A stretch of DNA of 64,000 bases, from IMG/VR virus record IMGVR_UViG_3300020469_005214, positions 64,001 to 128,000 of that record; one strand, given 5' to 3'. The position numbers were made by a program, and so were the translations under genes. The notes under the pieces were generated by a model. It was not told where the DNA came from. It saw only the letters and a program-made list of their open reading frames with translations, and made no database searches. This DNA comes from a virus. Positions 52,286 to 59,754 of this stretch are shown one piece after another (the first letter of the stretch is position 1; the number at the start of each line of letters is the position of its first letter).

Positions 52286-53098
52286 ATGAAAACACTAAAT
52301 GCTCAACAAGCACTCGAACTCACAATCGTCGAATCTAAACTCAACTGCGAGTTTAAGCAGATCGACATTAATGGCGAGTATGCCGCGACTGTAGGTATCA
52401 AACGCTCGATACCGACATTCGAGAATCTGCTCGATCCATTCGTTCACTTGTCGAACGGCTTACAAGTCGACTTCGATCCTAAGATCGAATTGTTCCGCTC
52501 AAAGTTCGGAACTGAAGGCGCATCCTACGCGATGTCAATGCCACTCGGTAAAATCGAACTTGGCGGACGCGAGACCGAAACTCGCATCATTCGTAGAGGA
52601 TCATTCAATTCATCCGCATCCGATTCATTCGGCATTGAGATGATGGTAATGATTTGCTCAAACGGGATGATGGGATGGAAAGCCGAAAGCGAAAGCGGAC
52701 GCGCTAAGAGTCGCTTCTCACTCAACTGGGAATCGAACGCAGGAAACAAAGTCAATGCAATGCTAGACGGCTTTTCCTCAATGCAGGATCGATACATTCG
52801 GATCGCGGACGAACTTAGAGATATCAAACTCTCTAAGGAACAAGTCGACAATCGACTTGAGAAGCTATTCGGAAAAGACTCAAAGCAGTCGGATCGAGTT
52901 CGCGAACAAGTTCAAGATTTGTTCGTAAGTGGTAAGGGTAATCGTGGCGAGAATGCATGGGACTTGTTCAATGCCGTCACCGAATATCAGAATCATGAAC
53001 GAACTTACAAAGTGACTTCAGTTTCGTCCGATGAAAATCGTCGAAAGGGAATTCTCGACATTGACTTCGATTCACTTGCCGAAGTATTGGTAGCATAA
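52286..53098 (+). CDS. DUF932-like protein (270 aa), paralog of 50764..51576
   Basis: ICSNG and NAWDLFNAVTEY..H; C-terminal third aligns by eye with the paralog. Confidence 0.75.
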   Translation: MKTLNAQQALELTIVESKLNCEFKQIDINGEYAATVGIKRSIPTFENLLDPFVHLSNGLQVDFDPKIELFRSKFGTEGASYAMSMPLGKIELGGRETETRIIRRGSFNSSASDSFGIEMMVMICSNGMMGWKAESESGRAKSRFSLNWESNAGNKVNAMLDGFSSMQDRYIRIADELRDIKLSKEQVDNRLEKLFGKDSKQSDRVREQVQDLFVSGKGNRGENAWDLFNAVTEYQNHERTYKVTSVSSDENRRKGILDIDFDSLAEVLVA

Positions 53099-53142
53099 TG
53101 GAAATTATAATTCTTACTTTCCTTCTGCTAGTCTTGTTCTAA
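53098..53142 (+). CDS. hydrophobic micropeptide MEIIILTFLLLVLF
   Basis: TAATG stop/start overlap; lies inside the transcription unit before the terminator. Confidence 0.5.
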   Translation: MEIIILTFLLLVLF

Positions 53143-53147
53143 AAATC

Positions 53148-53180
53148 AAAGTCTCACTCGAAAGGGTGGGACTTTTTTTT
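53148..53180 (+). terminator. intrinsic terminator
   Basis: GTCTCACTC-GAAA-GGGTGGGAC plus T run. Confidence 0.85.
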
Positions 53181-53772
53181 ATGCCTTCCCCAAGAAATAG
53201 TTGTATTGAAAATTTGGATACATAAAAAAGGTTTTTATAATTCTAAATAGTGTATTGAAAATCTTGATACGACTTTAGTCGTATAGCAGTTTTTAAAATC
53301 GGAAATAATTGTATCCATAATCTTGATACGGCATTGCCGTATAAAAGTTTTTATCCCCGAAATAAAGGGACAATTTTTATTAGAAGGCTTGGCCTTCTAG
53401 ATGGTTTTAGTGTATCGAAAATCTTGATACAATCACCGGTCCCATTAGCAAAACTGATTCTTAGTATTAGAAAATTTAATAGCTTTTTTATTTGACAAGC
53501 CCGGATTTTTATGTTAGCCAAAAGTCTTGGTACTAGCGCAGGGGTGGTAGTTCTCCCGAACGTTTTATCGCACCCTTAACTATTACAATGATTATTTTTT
53601 TATACTTTGCAAGCTTTTTTTTATTTTTTTTTATTTTTTTTCTTAGACCGGGAACCTGGGACCTGGCATCCCTGCAAAGTTTTTTTATTTTTTTATTTGA
53701 CAACCTATTTTCTCTATCCATTGTCTTTTATGTCGAGGGGCAATTCAGCCCAAACAACTCGACCTACATAAC

Positions 53773-54126
53773 ATGATAAAAGCTATATTAATCGATCCAA
53801 CCTTGCCAAACTCTATGTATGGCGGACTTCCCAACTTCTCAACTGTTGAAGTTGGACATTATACTGACATTGTAAAGCACATCGGATGTTCGCTTTTTAC
53901 TTGCGTTCGTTTTCCCGATGGAAAGCACATTGCATATGTCGATGACGAAGGTCTCATTAACGGGACTGAGTTTGGCGTTCAATTTACTAAAGACATTTAC
54001 CCCGAACCTTTGGCAGGCAGAATTTTAATTCTTGGCGACGATGGAAAAGGCGGAGATGCTGATTGCGAGCTTGACATTGCAGAAGTGCAAGCTAAAGTTA
54101 AAGGCATCGTTCAATTTTCGATGTAG
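53773..54126 (+). CDS. DUF3846-like protein
   Basis: AILIDP, IGC, YVDDEGL, LAG..LI.G. Confidence 0.65.
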   Translation: MIKAILIDPTLPNSMYGGLPNFSTVEVGHYTDIVKHIGCSLFTCVRFPDGKHIAYVDDEGLINGTEFGVQFTKDIYPEPLAGRILILGDDGKGGDADCELDIAEVQAKVKGIVQFSM

Positions 54127-54138
54127 TGTTATCATGCT

Positions 54139-54172
54139 AGGGGCGTCCAAGAGATTGGGCGTCCCTTTTTTT
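54139..54172 (+). terminator. intrinsic terminator
   Basis: GC-rich stem plus T run. Confidence 0.8.
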
Positions 54173-54440
54173 ATCTCAATATAAAAGTTTTTCCTTCTCA
54201 AATATTTACGCCAGGTTTTTTTCACGGCTTGGCCGTGAAGATTTATTCCAGCAGGATGAACTGCACAGATGTTCACTACCTGGATCAGCAGGCTGAAGTG
54301 ATCAGATGTTCACTATTTATACAGGCGAAAAAAGATTAAAAAAGAATTTGACATAGCGAAAAAATTCTATTTTATTTTTAAGCATAGCACATCTGCTATT
54401 GATAACTCAAAGGTCGCGATTTCCTTAATCGCTTAACACT

Positions 54441-54806
54441 ATGTCTTATACATTCGCAAAGTTATTCAGCACCTTTCACAAAGGCGACTTTGAAGGTCAG
54501 GACGTTTCAATTGACATCTCATTAGAAGATTACGGGATCGCTTGGCAAGTGCTTGGTAGTAAAACCAAGTTTGTTTATGGCGTCGAGTGGAACGGTTCAG
54601 AAGGTAAATACGTTTCATTCGATCATTGTTTCATGGATACCGATATGAATGTCTTTTCGGAATTCGACTGGGTCGACTTTAACGACATCTATTCTTACAC
54701 TGGTCTAAGTGCGGACGAATGGAAAAAACTTCCGATGCCACAAAAGATTTGCGACCTTGTCCAATGTCACGGTCGAGAAAATATCTTCGGCATGGCATCA
54801 GTTTAA
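54441..54806 (+). CDS. hypothetical early protein
   Basis: Has its own promoter and terminator. Confidence 0.65.
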   Translation: MSYTFAKLFSTFHKGDFEGQDVSIDISLEDYGIAWQVLGSKTKFVYGVEWNGSEGKYVSFDHCFMDTDMNVFSEFDWVDFNDIYSYTGLSADEWKKLPMPQKICDLVQCHGRENIFGMASV

Positions 54807-54816
54807 ATTGCAAATA

Positions 54817-54852
54817 GCGTGATCGGACTTTACATCTGATCACGTTTTTTTT
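54817..54852 (+). terminator. intrinsic terminator
   Basis: CGTGATCGGA/TCTGATCACG plus T run. Confidence 0.8.
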
Positions 54853-55216
54853 ATTTAAATAATGTATCCAGGTTTCTGATACATAAAAAAGTTTTTTTTT
54901 ATTTAAATAATTGTATCCGGATTTCTTATACAGCTTGGCTGTATAAAAGTTTTTAATAGCTAAATAAAAGTTTTAAATAAGCGAAATAAATGTAGGGGCC
55001 TGGACCTGGAGCTTATGAAAAAAATGAAAAAACCGGCTATTAGAGATTCTTATGCTGGACGGGCTTTGTATTAGATTTGCTTATACGGGGTAAAGTAGTG
55101 AACAGGTGAACACTAAAAAAAAATTAATCTTTTTTATTCAATTTGCTTGCAATCGCCGATTTTATAGCCACACTTTAGATCATACCAATTAAGGTATATT
55201 AAACCACATCATATAA

Positions 55217-55654
55217 ATGAAAAAAATCGAAGCACTACAAAACCTACGCAAGGGCACATTTGCCGTTGCTCGCATTGTATCGGATAAGAAACCTCTTAAA
55301 GCATACAGTCAGCACAAAATCACTAAGGTTGTCTTGGCAACTGTTCGCACAGGAGTTGAGTTTAAAAACCTTGCAGTCAATGCAGACCGCGAGACTGGTT
55401 CTTTACCTTGGGGGCAATGGGAGGTTTACCCTTATGCAATCGCCCACAAGGGTAATCGCTACATCCGTCTTTACCTTGGCAACTCAATGAAAGTTTTCTA
55501 TCTAGTAGATGGCGTAAAGGTTGCAAGCCAAGTTGCAAAGGCAATGCTTCCAAAAAGCAAAGCAGGTGAAAAGCCAAGTTGCATAACAGTAAAAGAAAAT
55601 GGCTTGGTAAGCATAAAGCAAAACGGAAAGGAGTTGCTAAATGGAATTAGTTAA
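55217..55654 (+). CDS. basic hypothetical early protein
   Basis: LPWG.W..YPY.I.HKG..Y.RLY pattern. Confidence 0.65.
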   Translation: MKKIEALQNLRKGTFAVARIVSDKKPLKAYSQHKITKVVLATVRTGVEFKNLAVNADRETGSLPWGQWEVYPYAIAHKGNRYIRLYLGNSMKVFYLVDGVKVASQVAKAMLPKSKAGEKPSCITVKENGLVSIKQNGKELLNGIS

Positions 55655-55812
55655 AGGAGTAATTGGAGGAGCGTTAATCGCGCTCCTCCTTTTCCTAGCT
55701 TTTGAATTTGCGGAGCATAAAGAAGAAAATCGGATCGAGCTTCAAAAACAAAGTTGGGTTGAACAAGGTTTCCCAATCGGTGAATAGATTGTAGTTGCAA
55801 ACCAAATACACA

Positions 55813-55847
55813 GGGGTGGTTGCCAAATTAGGTAGCCACCCTTTTTT
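55813..55847 (+). terminator. intrinsic terminator
   Basis: GGGTGGTTGCC/GGTAGCCACCC plus T run. Confidence 0.8.
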
Positions 55848-56106
55848 CAGAAAATACACTGCGTTGCGACATGATAAATAACTCAGGGGTATCCCACGTA
55901 CTAGCTCGAAAATTTCATTTTTCAATTTCTACCTTATTTATTTCTTATTATCTTATTTACCCCCCCCCTTTATTTAAAAACTTAGGAACTTATATAAATC
56001 AGCTTATATTAGCGGCGCAAAAAAATCAGGGGACTATTTTGAATTTAAGGATTCTACCCATTTGAAATAATTGAATATTTGTTGATTTTTCTTTATAATA
56101 TTATTG

Positions 56107-56667
56107 ATGGATGGATATATTTCTTATCTTCTCGATAAATACTCTGTAATTGGCGACGAAGTAATTATTGATTGTCAAAATGAGGTAACTGCAGAGGAAG
56201 TTTCCAATTTTTTGGGTATCGAAAGAGAAAAAACAAAAATTAAGGGCAAAAGAGAGAATATTTTTGATAAAGTGGTGCCAATTGAAAAATATGGCGAGTA
56301 TCATGCTTATCAAATGGAAAATTTGTTACCTATTATAATAAAGCCCACAAAAGGAGATGAATACTTCGCAGCGATCTTAGATTTAGAGGGAAGTTTTAAA
56401 TGGAATAGGAAAGAGGAAAAGATGTATCCCATTGCCGCATTTCGTAAAAAAGGAATATTAGAGGATTTATGTATCTTTTTGCAAAAAACTTATAAGGATA
56501 GTATAAACATTCAAGGCAAAGAATTACTTTTTGTATTAGATCGTCTAAAAGATAGCCTTATCGTGAGAAAAAAAGAGGCTGAACTCATGATTGACTGCCT
56601 TATGGAGCCAGATAATCCATATTATGCAGAGGAACTCGAAAATTACACGAAAAACAAGAAGAAGTAA
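56107..56667 (+). CDS. hypothetical protein with degenerate LAGLIDADG-like segment
   Basis: YFAAILDLEGSF ... L.V.KKEAEL. Confidence 0.5.
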   Translation: MDGYISYLLDKYSVIGDEVIIDCQNEVTAEEVSNFLGIEREKTKIKGKRENIFDKVVPIEKYGEYHAYQMENLLPIIIKPTKGDEYFAAILDLEGSFKWNRKEEKMYPIAAFRKKGILEDLCIFLQKTYKDSINIQGKELLFVLDRLKDSLIVRKKEAELMIDCLMEPDNPYYAEELENYTKNKKK

Positions 56668-56708
56668 TAAATTAAATTAAAATACAGAATATAACTGTAA
56701 TAATAAGC

Positions 56709-57440
56709 ATGGCAAGGGCAAAGAAAAACGCTATTAAACTTCACGAGCCTAAAGAGGCTACCTTTGATTTTAGCAAATATCAGTTCGATATAAATCAAAG
56801 ATTTAAATTAACTAAAAAACAAATAAACATTTTAAAAACGTGTCAAAAACCAGAAACAAAAATGATTATTTTAGATGGTCCAGCAGGAGTTTCAAAAACT
56901 TATGTTGCGATGTTGATTGCTTTAGAAAAATTAAGAGATAAAAAGGTCGATGGCATAACTGCTTTGAGATCTTCTGTAATATCAGCTGATTCTGAAATAG
57001 GATTCTTAGCTGGGACTATTGATGATAAAATGAAATATTTTTCTAATCCGTTTGGTCAAAAGTTAAAAGAATTATTAAAAGACTCAGATGTAGAGATTAT
57101 TTCAAAAAAATTATTGGATGTTTTGCCAGTTTCATTTTTACGTAGCTATTCTTTTACTGACGAGTGCTTAATTCTTAGTGAATCACAGAATGTGATGAAT
57201 GAATCTCTCTTCCTATGCGCTTCTAGAGCTGGTGAGGGATGTTTTGTAATTATGGAGGGTGACAGTCAACACCAAAACGATCTTGGTAAAAAAAGTGGGT
57301 TCAAAAGGTTTTGCGAGGCATTCGATGATGAAGAGTCTAAAAATAATGGAATTTACTATTTTAAATTTGGAATTGAAGATATTGTTAGAAGCGAATTCGT
57401 AAAATACTTAATTACTAAGAGAATTAAGGAAAATATATAG
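56709..57440 (+). CDS. phoH: PhoH-family ATPase
   Basis: GPAGVSKT, IGFLAG, FLR..SF, ESQN, GD..Q.DL, DIVRS. Confidence 0.9.
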   Translation: MARAKKNAIKLHEPKEATFDFSKYQFDINQRFKLTKKQINILKTCQKPETKMIILDGPAGVSKTYVAMLIALEKLRDKKVDGITALRSSVISADSEIGFLAGTIDDKMKYFSNPFGQKLKELLKDSDVEIISKKLLDVLPVSFLRSYSFTDECLILSESQNVMNESLFLCASRAGEGCFVIMEGDSQHQNDLGKKSGFKRFCEAFDDEESKNNGIYYFKFGIEDIVRSEFVKYLITKRIKENI

Positions 57441-57603
57441 TTTTTTTTCAAAAAAATAAAAATAAAATGTTTTTTATAATATTTTTTTATTATTATCGTA
57501 TTTAGTGTAATAATAAAGACTTTTAGTTGAATTTTTGAATAAATTTTAGATTATATCTTCTAAAGGCTTTATAAACAAATCCCCTTTTTAAAAAAAATAA
57601 ATT

Positions 57604-57936
57604 ATGAAATATTGCATGGAATGTGGAAGTAAAATTGAAGCTTCGGGAGGTAAAATACCTAAGTTTTGTATGGAGTGTGGAACATCTTTGGACGGAGAGA
57701 TAACATCTAGTCATAGTGAGGCAAAAGAAATGCCAGAATCTATCCCTGTTAACGCAGATGATATTTTTCAAATTGAAGGTTCAGACCAAGATCCAGAATC
57801 TTCTGTATTTACCTTTGAAGACGTATTAAAATCTAAAACAAGTGGCGGTCAATTAAATCGACCTAAAGGTTCCCAAAACATTGATGATTTGAAACAGCGT
57901 ATGAGGAATAGAGACTCTCAAGACGCCAGTCAATAA
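57604..57936 (+). CDS. double zinc-ribbon protein
   Basis: YCMECG ... FCMECG. Confidence 0.75.
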   Translation: MKYCMECGSKIEASGGKIPKFCMECGTSLDGEITSSHSEAKEMPESIPVNADDIFQIEGSDQDPESSVFTFEDVLKSKTSGGQLNRPKGSQNIDDLKQRMRNRDSQDASQ

Positions 57937-58631
57937 TGTCACTAACTTTCGAACAACTTGAGCCAATTATCGATTTGATATTGGAAAAAAATCGTTCTAG
58001 GTGGAAACTTGGTGCAGTTAAACATTTTGACTTTGATGATTTAAAACAGGAAGTTAAAGTTCATGTATTTAACAAACTTCATATGTGGAATAGGAAAAGA
58101 CCTTTCGAACCTTGGGTAAGCCAAGTTATCCACAATCAAATACAAAATAAAAAAAGAAACTTATGGAGAAATCATGAAAAGCCGTGTTCTGGATGTTATT
58201 TTAACAAAGGAATGGGAAACTGTTCTTTTACTAGTTCTGGCAACCAATGTTCTGAATGTCCAGAATTTTCTCACTGGGAAAAGAAAAAGAAAAATGCTTA
58301 TGAACTAAAAACAGCAATTTCCGTAGAAACAGAAGGTGGCGAAATACCATTCGGTTCCCCAGTAGAAATAGATCATGAAGGATTTTTGAAAAGATTAGAC
58401 GATATTTTAAAAAGTGATTTACAAAAGGATTATCTCGATTTAGTTACTTATAACATATTTAGATTTACTTGGATTGAAAAACTGTCTGACAAAGAGATTG
58501 CTAGGAAAATGGGTTACAAAACGAATGAAGAAAATCGAGGAGCAGGATACAGAAGTTTAGCCAGTCACAGAAAGATTGTTCATAATAGGGCAAAAGAAAT
58601 ACTAGAAAAAGAAGATTACAATTTTATTTAA
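57936..58631 (+). CDS. phage sigma-factor-like protein with Cys-rich insert
   Basis: DDLKQE (region 2), F..W...I.NQI.N..R, C-terminal EIARKMG helix-turn-helix. Confidence 0.7.
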   Translation: MSLTFEQLEPIIDLILEKNRSRWKLGAVKHFDFDDLKQEVKVHVFNKLHMWNRKRPFEPWVSQVIHNQIQNKKRNLWRNHEKPCSGCYFNKGMGNCSFTSSGNQCSECPEFSHWEKKKKNAYELKTAISVETEGGEIPFGSPVEIDHEGFLKRLDDILKSDLQKDYLDLVTYNIFRFTWIEKLSDKEIARKMGYKTNEENRGAGYRSLASHRKIVHNRAKEILEKEDYNFI

Positions 58632-58644
58632 TTAATCATTAAGT

Positions 58645-59754
58645 ATGAAAAACAAAAATCCAGTCGAATTAACAGAAAATCAAAAGGAATGGATACTTAA
58701 GAATGGCGAAGATCTTGATTGGGCTATTAACGAAATTACTAAGAGTGTTTTCGGAGATAACTCTAAAGACGGAAGATCATTCGAAGGTAAGGCTGTAAGT
58801 AATTTTATTTTGGAGCATGTTGGTGCCAAACCAAAAGTTAGAACAGTTAATTCAGATAATTATCAGGCTTTTGAACTAGAGCAACATCAAATAGACTTTT
58901 TGCTTTCAAACGCCAAAGATTTAACCACTTACGAAATCGCCTTAAACCTATTTCCAGAATTTAAAGACAAAAGTTATAAAGAGGTTGCTTTTACAAAAGA
59001 GGTAAAAAGCATCCAAAGATATATTGATAATAATTTAGGAAGTGATTATTTTGTATCTAAAACTAAGGCTTTGCATGGACAGGGCGGCTTTAAGCCTCCA
59101 AAAAATATCGAGCGTTGTGTTCCTTTAATATGTAAGTATACAGGGCTTGATGTTAAGTTTAGTAAATTAAAAGAGGATGAAAAAAAATCTATTGAAAAAC
59201 TATGTAAAAATTTAAGAAGGACTTCTTTGGCTAAGACGGTAGAACAATTTAGATCTAATAATGAAAAAGAATTATTTTTAGAAAGTTTTATCTCTGATAC
59301 TTGGGATAAAAGTAATCTAACCCCTGGCGAAGTTTCTCAATACATTGATTTGTCTGGTGAGCGGGTTAATTTGTATCAAATTAAAAAATATCAGCAAGAT
59401 CTACAAGAACAGTTAGATGATGATATGCACAGTGAGGATGGTAAATTAAGATATACTCTTATTGATGCGATTGATAAGCAGATTCAGAATCGAGATAAAT
59501 GTATGAATCGCATTCAAAAGCTACAAGATAGCCTAGAAGGATCTAGAACTAAAAGGCTCGAAAAAGAAGGGGGAGATCAGATAAGCATTTTAACTCTGTG
59601 TGAGGACTTGGCTAAAGAAAAGAAACGTATACGTTTAACTAAAATGCTTGAAAAAGAGCGTGATAAGGTCGTTAAGGTTGTAAATGAAATCGACGACATG
59701 ACAGATTATACTGCGAGACTATACGGAGCAAGCAGAGAGGAGCTTTTAAATTGA
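58645..59754 (+). CDS. hypothetical protein with C-terminal coiled coil
   Basis: 369-aa ORF upstream of the terminase. Confidence 0.6.
   Translation: MKNKNPVELTENQKEWILKNGEDLDWAINEITKSVFGDNSKDGRSFEGKAVSNFILEHVGAKPKVRTVNSDNYQAFELEQHQIDFLLSNAKDLTTYEIALNLFPEFKDKSYKEVAFTKEVKSIQRYIDNNLGSDYFVSKTKALHGQGGFKPPKNIERCVPLICKYTGLDVKFSKLKEDEKKSIEKLCKNLRRTSLAKTVEQFRSNNEKELFLESFISDTWDKSNLTPGEVSQYIDLSGERVNLYQIKKYQQDLQEQLDDDMHSEDGKLRYTLIDAIDKQIQNRDKCMNRIQKLQDSLEGSRTKRLEKEGGDQISILTLCEDLAKEKKRIRLTKMLEKERDKVVKVVNEIDDMTDYTARLYGASREELLN

Larger units (their letters stand above)
28428..55180 (+). promoter_or_regulatory. dense set (roughly 30) of sigma70-type promoters, A-tract-TTGAC(A/T)-N16/17-YANNNT
   Basis: e.g. 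-35 boxes near 30541, 31238, 32559, 33566, 37428, 38459, 40181, 42248, 44427, 45909, 46888, 47095, 47282, 47990, 49509, 50626 and 52158. Confidence 0.85.

Noticed and set aside
49271-55114. CRISPR array
   Set aside because: The repeats are short palindromes with irregular spacing; there is no constant repeat-spacer period and no cas operon. The nuclease at 18844 is a generic PD-(D/E)XK phage exonuclease.
56107-56667. Active LAGLIDADG homing endonuclease or mobile element
   Set aside because: Only one degenerate motif and no interrupted host gene.
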